A DNA stretch of 64,000 nt from a virus (IMGVR_UViG_2974666281_000001:32001-96000); one strand, 5' to 3'; shown: positions 35,673 to 42,168, counted from the stretch's first letter. The notes: generated from the sequence alone by a model not told the origin. Numbers and translations are program-made.

Positions 35673-36486
35673 TGTTCACCTCGGTATGCTTAGTACGACA
35701 CATTTTAACAAACTCGTCGATAGCAAGAATGTTTACACCTTTGTCATGGTCACGAAAACTTTTCATTTTAGCACTTAAGTCGTCTATAAACCATACACGG
35801 TTTTTATCGCTGTAACTTCCACGGGCTGATTCGAAATCAAAGATGTTTACGCACATCGCAAAACGGAAAACTTTGTTGTCCATGCGGGCTTCAAACCATG
35901 CACCATACAGAGATTCAGAACTAAAGCTAGAAGCATCTTCTTTGATGAAATCTCTTGATGAATCGTTATATGCCATCAAAGAGTAATTATACGCTCTAAG
36001 ACCAAGGAATCGAATTCCTTCGGACATACTTGAAATTTCTTTAATAACCTTATAAAAAGTTTTAGTATTTTTTACAAATACAGGTGCAGGTATTTTATTT
36101 TCTTTTGCCCAAGGATGCATACGAACTTTATCTACACTCTGACTAGACAAATGTCCAGAAATATAATCTAAAAATGAATCAGGAGCACCGCATTCAATTA
36201 ACTGCTGCAACTGAAGAGTTTGTCCTGAACTCATGCGAGATGGAATCTTAAATTTATCCGTGCCAGACTCATCGTTCCAAACACCATCACCTTCATAAAA
36301 CATATTATCTCTCTCACTCAAAGGTAATTGATTTAATGTAACAAGTGCTTTCACTACTTCAGGACTTAAGGTGTCCAACTGTTGTTTATCATTCAACATG
36401 CTATCAATAAACCCAACACTTAACATATGGTCTTGGCTTATCTTGTTTGTGAAAAACACACAGTAATTTTTAGTGAAAATATTCAT
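35665..36486 (-). CDS. hypothetical protein (e.5 map position)
   Basis: 273 aa, soluble; DEFVKMCR near the C-terminus. Confidence 0.75.
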   Translation of the reverse strand: MNIFTKNYCVFFTNKISQDHMLSVGFIDSMLNDKQQLDTLSPEVVKALVTLNQLPLSERDNMFYEGDGVWNDESGTDKFKIPSRMSSGQTLQLQQLIECGAPDSFLDYISGHLSSQSVDKVRMHPWAKENKIPAPVFVKNTKTFYKVIKEISSMSEGIRFLGLRAYNYSLMAYNDSSRDFIKEDASSFSSESLYGAWFEARMDNKVFRFAMCVNIFDFESARGSYSDKNRVWFIDDLSAKMKSFRDHDKGVNILAIDEFVKMCRTKHTEVNNG

Positions 36487-36500
36487 TACGTCTCCAAGTA

Positions 36501-36520
36501 AGAGGGCCGAAGCCCTCTTT
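36501..36520 (-). terminator. UUCG hairpin after e.6 (weak U-tail; leaky terminator or stabiliser)
   Basis: AGAGGGC-TTCG-GCCCTCT-TACTT. Confidence 0.6.
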
Positions 36521-36523
36521 ATA

Positions 36524-37129
36524 TTATGCTTTCAGAGATTCGATGTACTCTGCAACATCAGCACTAGTGGTTTCTACACCAGTCGCATTGCTACCATTGA
36601 AGGTATCGATACGAGAGATAATGGTATCAACATCAACTTTAGCCAGTTCAGCGGTTTCTACGATATCTTCAGCAGTAGACAGACCCATAGAGTTAGCTGC
36701 ATTACTTTCACGGATGAACTCAAGCTTAACAGCCAGGTCAGCGCGCTGGTCATCAAGAGCCACTACAGTACGTTCGATTTCTTCCTGCATTGCTACAAGT
36801 TCAGTAGCTTTAACACGAAGAGCACCAGCAGTACGACGATACAGAAGACCCAGTTTAGCATGAGTAGTAACATCAGTAGAAGGTGAAGTAGTCAGAATAT
36901 GACGAATTTCACGTTCTTTAGTCGCTGCGTTCTGGTCTTTTTCTTCAGCCAGTTTGTTCAGACGAATAATTTCCTTCTTAGAAGTTACATGGCGCTTACG
37001 CAGCTGATCGATTTTATCGATGATACGGTTTGCAGCCACAGTGTACTGGTCTTCGATAGAAGTGTTGTGAGAGATGAAAGTACCCAGTTTAGCACGGATG
37101 AACTCAACAATTTTTTTCAGAATAGACAT
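36524..37129 (-). CDS. e.6: E.6, PspA/IM30-like coiled-coil protein
   Basis: N-terminal amphipathic helix MSILKKIVEFIRAKLGTFI, long helical hairpin, short C-terminal helix DVAEYIESLKA. Confidence 0.85.
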   Translation of the reverse strand: MSILKKIVEFIRAKLGTFISHNTSIEDQYTVAANRIIDKIDQLRKRHVTSKKEIIRLNKLAEEKDQNAATKEREIRHILTTSPSTDVTTHAKLGLLYRRTAGALRVKATELVAMQEEIERTVVALDDQRADLAVKLEFIRESNAANSMGLSTAEDIVETAELAKVDVDTIISRIDTFNGSNATGVETTSADVAEYIESLKA

Positions 37130-37183
37130 GATATTTCCTTTTATGTGATTAGGGTTTTAATATAACTCCGTTTCGATGGAAGC

Positions 37184-37213
37184 ATCATAACACGTTGCTT
37201 CCATCTTGTAAAC
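37184..37213 (-). promoter_or_regulatory. early promoter with stem-loop (e.6 operon)
   Basis: GTTTACA-N17-TATGAT; inverted repeat GATGGAAGCA/TGCTTCCATC. Confidence 0.9.
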
Positions 37214-37216
37214 ACT

Positions 37217-37612
37217 TTACTTATTTTTAACTCGGCAGATTCGACGAGCCTCATCTTCTGCTAGATTAATGATAGAACTCATTACCGGTACTTTTTGATA
37301 AAGAGATTCAACCCTAAGAACTACGAATTTCGTTTCACCATCATCATGCCAACCCCATGAAGTGTGACCATGAGAACCTTTAATGACGGCAGACACTTCC
37401 ACAGATCGGTTGTTTTCAGAAAGTTTAGTTTCGACAACCCAATCAGCCTGATCGATTGCTTCTTGTCTACGTCTAGCATCTGCGGCTGAGAGAGCAGCCC
37501 AATCGGTTTCATCAAATGCACCATGGAATGCTTTAATTACTTCGTCTGCTGCGCGTTTTTGCTCTTCAGTAAGTTTAGGACCAGTATATGGTTCAAGTTC
37601 AATTTTTTTCAT
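37217..37612 (-). CDS. early hypothetical protein
   Basis: 131 aa, SHGHTSWGW; RBS GAGGAG. Confidence 0.8.
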   Translation of the reverse strand: MKKIELEPYTGPKLTEEQKRAADEVIKAFHGAFDETDWAALSAADARRRQEAIDQADWVVETKLSENNRSVEVSAVIKGSHGHTSWGWHDDGETKFVVLRVESLYQKVPVMSSIINLAEDEARRICRVKNK

Positions 37613-37639
37613 AACGTTCTCCTCAGTAAGTGTAGGAAC

Positions 37640-37669
37640 ATACTATCATGTCTTTTCGACTGTGTAAAC
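37640..37669 (-). promoter_or_regulatory. early promoter
   Basis: GTTTACA-N17-TAGTAT. Confidence 0.85.
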
Positions 37670-37674
37670 CCCCG

Positions 37675-37696
37675 AAAGGGGACCTAAGTCCCCTCT
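37675..37696 (-). terminator. terminator-like hairpin
   Basis: AGAGGGGAC-TTAG-GTCCCCTTT. Confidence 0.7.
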
Positions 37697-37697
37697 T

Positions 37698-38303
37698 TTA
37701 TTTACGTGATTTTTCGTAACGAGCAGCGTCAGCAGCCAGAGTACCAGCGTTGCGAAGCTTATTGCTGATTTCTTTATGCAGAGGCTGAGTATAACGCAAA
37801 CTTTCAATTGTTAGATACAGATTGTAAAGGTCTGGAGTTTCAAGGTTGTTCATGTGTTGATTATTACGCAGCTTAGCATATTCACGAACCAGAACGTTAG
37901 TTTCACTTTCAATCTCATTAATCAGTGAAGATAACTGCTTATACTTTTTAACTAATGAAGAAGTATCAAAGTTAAACTTAGGTCCTGCAACTGGTTTAGG
38001 AGCTGGCTTCGATGGGGCAGCCTTCGGAGCTACAACTGCTTTAGCAACAGGAGCAGACTTAGGTGCTGGAGTCGCTTTTGGAGCAGATTTAGCAGTACCA
38101 CCACCAGCTATGATAGCTTTAAAAGCTTTAGATGCTTTATAATAGTCTTTTTGATTATCAGTACTAAACCCATACATGTCTTTCACTGCTTTAAAGAACT
38201 CAGTGGTGGTTTTAGTTCCTTTAATCGAATCATAAGCAGCTTGCCACTTGTCTTTAGTCATACGCTCAGTAGCTTCTGAGATGAATTCTTTGAATTTTAA
38301 CAT
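37698..38303 (-). CDS. putative internal head protein with Ala/Pro/Lys linker
   Basis: Capsid-targeting-like N-terminus MLKFKEFISE/A; AKSAPKATPAPKSAP repeats; late-type promoter upstream. Confidence 0.7.
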   Translation of the reverse strand: MLKFKEFISEATERMTKDKWQAAYDSIKGTKTTTEFFKAVKDMYGFSTDNQKDYYKASKAFKAIIAGGGTAKSAPKATPAPKSAPVAKAVVAPKAAPSKPAPKPVAGPKFNFDTSSLVKKYKQLSSLINEIESETNVLVREYAKLRNNQHMNNLETPDLYNLYLTIESLRYTQPLHKEISNKLRNAGTLAADAARYEKSRK

Positions 38304-38339
38304 TTTGGTTCCTTTAAATATGAATTAGGTTTATTTTTA

Positions 38340-38347
38340 TATTTATC
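38340..38347 (-). promoter_or_regulatory. probable late promoter
   Basis: GATAAATA (variant of TATAAATA). Confidence 0.55.
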
Positions 38348-38349
38348 AT

Positions 38350-38495
38350 ATTCGCCCAGTGCTCGCCGCTTGCTCAGATACCCTAAAGGGTCCTACCGAA
38401 GTAGAATCCTTTAAGATTTCGGCTCTGATGACGTAGTTACACCCAGAGGTCATTCGCCAGCCTTGCACCTTCATGTGTAATATCCGGTGCCATTC
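38350..38495 (-). ncRNA. candidate structured RNA at the 3' end of the tRNA cluster
   Basis: Hairpins GCACC/GGTGC and CTCTG/CAGAG with complementary loops, plus a long C-UUCG-G hairpin. Confidence 0.6.
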
Positions 38496-38496
38496 T

Positions 38497-38859
38497 TTAT
38501 TCTTCGTACCATGGAGTTCTTAAGTGGTCGTCACTTTTTCGTGCTCGTATCCACCCATTGATGACTTCCTGAGCATGTTCGGAATTAATGATACGTTTAC
38601 ATTTATTAAGCATACTGCGTTTGTAGTACATTGAGTTCAACGGGATATCGTCAAGCAAATCTTTAAGCTCAAAGTACTCATCAGTTGTATTTACATCAGG
38701 ATGTCGTGATTTAATGAACTGCCAGTGACCGTAGTCATTTTTAGTCCAGATGAAATCACACATACGAGATAATTCGGAGACGTTCATAACATAGTTGTTT
38801 GCGTCAATATAGTAAGTGCGACCTAAAGTGCTAAAGTACATTAATTTTTGAGTGGCCAT
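38497..38859 (-). CDS. hypothetical protein
   Basis: Start MATQKL with RBS GAGG. Confidence 0.75.
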   Translation of the reverse strand: MATQKLMYFSTLGRTYYIDANNYVMNVSELSRMCDFIWTKNDYGHWQFIKSRHPDVNTTDEYFELKDLLDDIPLNSMYYKRSMLNKCKRIINSEHAQEVINGWIRARKSDDHLRTPWYEE

Positions 38860-38877
38860 TATAATTTCCTCAGAATT

Positions 38878-38942
38878 TGGCGAGGACCTTCTGCACCCCA
38901 CCACGCGTTGGAAGCCAAGGGGTGTTGTCAGCCAAGTACCTC
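38878..38942 (-). ncRNA. 65-nt CCA-terminated non-cloverleaf RNA
   Basis: 5' GAGGTAC pairs with 3' GTCCTC followed by G-CCA; no T-loop or D-loop. Confidence 0.6.
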
Positions 38943-38948
38943 ATAATT

Positions 38949-39033
38949 TGGTGCACCGAGAGGGATTCGAACCCTCAATCCTTGCGGCGGGAGATTTTAA
39001 GTCTCCTGTGTATACCAGTTCCACCATCGATGC
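38949..39033 (-). tRNA. tRNA-Leu(TAA)
   Basis: GGAGA-CT-TAA-AA-TCTCC, long variable arm, encoded CCA. Confidence 0.96.
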
Positions 39034-39038
39034 AAATT

Positions 39039-39115
39039 TGGTCGAGACAGAAAGATTCGAACTTTCGACCGGTGGATTAGAAGTCCACTGCTCTATCCAA
39101 CTGAGCTATGCCTCG
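39039..39115 (-). tRNA. tRNA-Arg(TCT)
   Basis: GTGGA-CT-TCT-AA-TCCAC, CCA. Confidence 0.96.
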
Positions 39116-39119
39116 AAAA

Positions 39120-39246
39120 TGTTCAGGGAGGACTCGAACCTCCAAGATTGCAGCCTCTCGTCGGGTTACCTCTTACTCAGCTGGGTGCTTAAACCAGCGT
39201 TTCAAATAGAGTTCGCCAATATGTCTACCGATTTCATCACTGAACA
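39120..39246 (-). ncRNA. tRNA-like RNA with 72-nt domain replacing the anticodon/variable arms
   Basis: Acceptor TGTTCAG/CTGAACA, Leu-type D arm, T arm GGAGG-TTCGAGT-CCTCC, no encoded CCA. Confidence 0.8.
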
Positions 39247-39258
39247 ATTAATTTTATA

Positions 39259-39711
39259 TCATTGAGCTTGAAGCATTTCACGTACGCGATAAAGATTAGA
39301 ACAGAACTCTTGTTCTGTTAGAACAGTTTCATTCTTCTTATTTTTACCCATACTATGAGTTAGTGTTGAGTTACGCGTAGCCAGGATAGCTCTCTTGAAA
39401 CCTTCATTCAAAGCCATAGCATGATATGCACGAGATATTAAAGTTGCATAGGCTGGACTCTGGCGCTGCATAGGAACACCTTTCCAATACAATGTTTGAG
39501 TTCGCCGCCAGTTCTTTTTCTTACCTTTGAACTTAGCTTTCTTACCAACTAATGTACAAACATGTTCTTGCATTTCTATAGAAGAAAACTTCAAAGACTG
39601 AAGAAAACCTTCCATTGATGCACATTGTACACCATCAATTTCGAAAGCATGAGGAGCAAAGTTGCTTAATGCACAACTTGGGTACATCGAACCTGAGCCG
39701 ATATCCATCAA
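39259..39711 (-). CDS. NADAR-family protein (T4 gp30.3-like)
   Basis: PSCALSNFAPHAFEIDG...SMEGFLQSLK...TLYWKG...LTHSM...TVLTEQEF. Confidence 0.85.
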   Translation of the reverse strand: MMDIGSGSMYPSCALSNFAPHAFEIDGVQCASMEGFLQSLKFSSIEMQEHVCTLVGKKAKFKGKKKNWRRTQTLYWKGVPMQRQSPAYATLISRAYHAMALNEGFKRAILATRNSTLTHSMGKNKKNETVLTEQEFCSNLYRVREMLQAQ

Positions 39712-39932
39712 TAGTCTCCATTAGCAAGAAACATGTGAATATCATCAATATCTGTGATAATGTTTTCGATTTGGTCTTCAAAATTACAAAGCCAATTCAT
39801 TTCATTTGGAGATGAAATCCAATTAGCACATTGAATGCACTGATTACCAATTGAGTCTTGGTAAATCACTGCTTCAGAGTGTCCACCAGTTTTCCATTTG
39901 ATAATAGCAAAGCCTAAAGGATATTTTTTCAT
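39708..39932 (-). CDS. hypothetical protein
   Basis: 74 aa, coupled. Confidence 0.7.
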   Translation of the reverse strand: MKKYPLGFAIIKWKTGGHSEAVIYQDSIGNQCIQCANWISSPNEMNWLCNFEDQIENIITDIDDIHMFLANGDY

Positions 39933-40180
39933 ATGTCCTCTACTTGAGCCATAACAGTGCGTTTACGAACGACACATCCATCGAACCTTGGGTCTTTCTT
40001 ACGAACTACAAAACCCGAAGGGAGAACGAATCCATTAACAGTTCGTAAGGCTTCTTCTAAATCATTAAAGCCTGTGGCCTCAATGAGTTCGTCAAAGGCC
40101 CAACCTGGGAATTCAGTACAATCAACGTACTGCGCATAGGCTTTTTTAACTGGACAATAGATAACAAAATCTTGTTGCAT
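39929..40180 (-). CDS. hypothetical protein
   Basis: Start MQQDFV with RBS GAGG right after a tRNA. Confidence 0.75.
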   Translation of the reverse strand: MQQDFVIYCPVKKAYAQYVDCTEFPGWAFDELIEATGFNDLEEALRTVNGFVLPSGFVVRKKDPRFDGCVVRKRTVMAQVEDI

Positions 40181-40199
40181 TATATTTTCCTCATGTATT

Positions 40200-40275
40200 T
40201 GGTGACCCTGACTGAGATTCGAACCAGTGACCAATCCCTTATGAGGGGAGCGCTCTACCGCTGAGCTACAGGGCC
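40200..40275 (-). tRNA. tRNA with CAT anticodon (probably Ile2, or elongator Met)
   Basis: GGCCCTG acceptor, CT-CAT-AA loop, CCA; one extra base in the T stem. Confidence 0.88.
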
Positions 40276-40298
40276 ATTGTCAAAACATTGTTGCTTTG

Positions 40299-40325
40299 AA
40301 AATAGCCCTCTCCGAAGAGAGGACA
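40299..40325 (-). terminator. intrinsic terminator
   Basis: GTCCTCTC-TTCG-GAGAGGGC-TATTTT. Confidence 0.75.
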
Positions 40326-40332
40326 GAGGGTA

Positions 40333-40560
40333 TTAGCTACACATAAATTCTGCAACTTCATCGAAGCTATTCAGAATGTAATATAACTTAGGCTCACTCG
40401 TAGGAGTTGCCTTAATAGTGATACGTACACGACCGAACAGGTCTTCAGTCAGACCAACGATTGCACTTGAACGAACCACTGCTCGTCCGATTGGCAGGAT
40501 TTCGCCGGTAGCCAGAGCTTGCAGTTCAGTGTTGATTTCGATTACGATACGTTCAGACAT
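40333..40560 (-). CDS. early hypothetical protein
   Basis: Start MSERIV behind an early promoter. Confidence 0.75.
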   Translation of the reverse strand: MSERIVIEINTELQALATGEILPIGRAVVRSSAIVGLTEDLFGRVRITIKATPTSEPKLYYILNSFDEVAEFMCS

Positions 40561-40591
40561 TTTGATTTCCATTTGTTGTTTCGATGTAGTA

Positions 40592-40621
40592 ATAATAACA
40601 CGATTATTTTGAAGCGTAAAC
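40592..40621 (-). promoter_or_regulatory. early promoter
   Basis: GTTTACG-N17-TATTAT. Confidence 0.85.
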
Positions 40622-40633
40622 CGTTCAGAGACT

Positions 40634-40655
40634 AAAAAGCCATCCGAAGATGGCT
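40634..40655 (-). terminator. intrinsic terminator after tRNA-Gly
   Basis: AGCCATC-TTCG-GATGGCT-TTTT. Confidence 0.9.
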
Positions 40656-40661
40656 GAAATT

Positions 40662-40736
40662 TGGAGCATCCAGAGAGAATCGAACTCTCATCTACTGGGT
40701 GGAAGCCAGTCATAATAGCCGCTATACGATGGATGC
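40662..40736 (-). tRNA. tRNA-Gly(TCC)
   Basis: ACTGG-CT-TCC-AC-CCAGT, CCA. Confidence 0.95.
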
Positions 40737-40737
40737 T

Positions 40738-40811
40738 TGGCAGGCCCCGTAGGAATTGAACCCACGTCACTGAGGTTGGAGCTCAGGGTAATACCACTAT
40801 ACGAGAGACCT
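40738..40811 (-). tRNA. tRNA-Trp(CCA)
   Basis: CTGAG-CT-CCA-AC-CTCAG, CCA. Confidence 0.95.
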
Positions 40812-40817
40812 ATTGTT

Positions 40818-40892
40818 TGGTGGGAGCTGTTGGTAACGATCCAACCTCTCGAGCTCTTCAGGCAAGCGCTAATCCATCTCAGCTAAACTCCC
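40818..40892 (-). tRNA. tRNA-Phe(GAA), non-canonical
   Basis: CTTGC-CT-GAA-GA-GCTCG; T-loop ATCGTTA; CCA. Confidence 0.85.
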
Positions 40893-40894
40893 AG

Positions 40895-40972
40895 ATCCAC
40901 GAGAACTTTACTGGCATCGCGCCAAACCATTGCTGGAAGTTAGGGTACTATTTCTAGTCCGTGGTTGTCCCT
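40895..40972 (-). ncRNA. candidate structured spacer RNA between tRNA-Ile and tRNA-Phe
   Basis: Closing stem CCACG/CGTGG, internal AACTT/AAGTT and TGGC/GCCA. Confidence 0.5.
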
Positions 40973-40979
40973 ATTTTTT

Positions 40980-41055
40980 TGGTGCGAATACCTGGGCTCG
41001 AACCAGGGACCTACCGCTTATCGGGCGGTTGCTCTACCAACTGAGCTATATTCGC
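40980..41055 (-). tRNA. tRNA-Ile(GAT) with C33
   Basis: ACCGC-CC-GAT-AA-GCGGT, CCA. Confidence 0.93.
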
Positions 41056-41059
41056 GAAT

Positions 41060-41137
41060 TGGTCTCCATGCAAGGATTTGAACCTTGGACCTCCTGGTCC
41101 CAAACCAGGCGCTGCTACCAAACTGAGCTACACGGAG
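41060..41137 (-). tRNA. tRNA-Pro(TGG)
   Basis: CCTGG-TT-TGG-GA-CCAGG, CCA. Confidence 0.95.
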
Positions 41138-41138
41138 A

Positions 41139-41384
41139 TTAATTTATATCAAATATGGTGTTGTCTTTCCACATTTTAGCAAAAAGAGGAGAAACTTTTG
41201 TTAAACGATGAGCAACTTTAACACGATTATAATTGCCTTCAATTAAAGCACCATAGCCATTAATATCAGTTACCTTGGAAACAAGGACTTCGCCTACATC
41301 ACCCATGCTATTACATTTTAAGCCAATCATTACGAAATCGCCTACTGTAATAACTTTACCGTATTTGTCTAACAATGTCTTCAT
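41139..41384 (-). CDS. hypothetical protein (KOW/SH3-like)
   Basis: DKYGKVITVGDFV pattern. Confidence 0.7.
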   Translation of the reverse strand: MKTLLDKYGKVITVGDFVMIGLKCNSMGDVGEVLVSKVTDINGYGALIEGNYNRVKVAHRLTKVSPLFAKMWKDNTIFDIN

Positions 41385-41409
41385 AATTATTTATTCACCA
41401 TATTTTAAT

Positions 41410-41503
41410 TGGAGGAAGATGTGAGATTCGAACTCACGGGACCTGTCACCAGGACCTCCGCATTTCAAGTGTGGTGCAATTAGCCAGACTCTGCCAATCT
41501 TCC
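41410..41503 (-). tRNA. tRNA-Ser(TGA)
   Basis: CCACA-CT-TGA-AA-TGCGG, long variable arm, CCA. Confidence 0.93.
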
Positions 41504-41507
41504 GAAT

Positions 41508-41583
41508 TGGGGTGACCGGTGGAACTCGAATCCACGACATCCTGAATCACAATTAGGGGTTCTACCAACTGAACTACGGCCAC
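41508..41583 (-). tRNA. tRNA-His(GTG)
   Basis: CCTAA-TT-GTG-AT-TCAGG, C73, CCA. Confidence 0.93.
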
Positions 41584-41679
41584 ATCAATATTCTCTCTTG
41601 CAATCAAGATGCGTTGTCAGAATGTATTAGAATGAATCGCGTATTCAAACCATTTACACACTCAGAGAAAATATTAATT
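41584..41679 (-). ncRNA. candidate structured spacer RNA between tRNA-Gln and tRNA-His
   Basis: Closing stem AATATTTTCTCT/AGAGAGAATATT with internal hairpins. Confidence 0.5.
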
Positions 41680-41755
41680 TGGCTAGGGTATCTGGACTCG
41701 AACCAGAGCATGGGAGAATCAAAATCTCCTGCCTTACCAACTTGGCTATACCCTA
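41680..41755 (-). tRNA. tRNA-Gln(TTG)
   Basis: GGAGA-TT-TTG-AT-TCTCC, CCA. Confidence 0.95.
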
Positions 41756-41761
41756 ATTATT

Positions 41762-42139
41762 TTAGAAACCGAAGCCCACACCTACACCGAATACAGCTTC
41801 TTCAGAAGTTGCTGCAACAGAAGCTTTAAAAGCAGCAGGAGCATCGTTTGGAACAAAATTAATACCAGCAGCTAATGCTTGTTCACTGTCAAAACCACCA
41901 AAGGCTACACCACCAGATAGTTGATGACCTGGAACTACTGGAATATTAGTCATGGCTGCTACACCAGCTACACCAGCAGCGGCATATTCGCGGGCTTTAG
42001 TTACTTGTGCATTTGTATTTAAAGCACCAGCTCGATAAGAGTTATCTTTTGAAGCTGCGTCGAAATCAATTGGAGGCAGAGCTGCAAAAGAAGAAGCACT
42101 CATTACCAGGGTCATAACTGCGATAGTATGTTTCATCAT
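41762..42139 (-). CDS. YadA-like trimeric autotransporter membrane-anchor protein
   Basis: Signal peptide (..SSFA), AAAGVAGVAAM helix, four predicted beta strands, terminal FGVGVGFGF. Confidence 0.85.
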   Translation of the reverse strand: MMKHTIAVMTLVMSASSFAALPPIDFDAASKDNSYRAGALNTNAQVTKAREYAAAGVAGVAAMTNIPVVPGHQLSGGVAFGGFDSEQALAAGINFVPNDAPAAFKASVAATSEEAVFGVGVGFGF

Positions 42140-42168
42140 TTTTCATTTCTCTTGTTGTTGGAGTTTAC

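Noticed and set aside
39148-39219. Self-splicing intron in a tRNA-Leu
   Set aside because: 72 nt is too short for group I/II introns, and I could not find a removal that restores a normal anticodon arm
38860-40770. Long N-terminal extensions of ORFs 38497-38904, 39929-40234 and 40333-40770
   Set aside because: They run through RNA genes or promoters; downstream ATGs have a plausible RBS or sit directly behind a promoter
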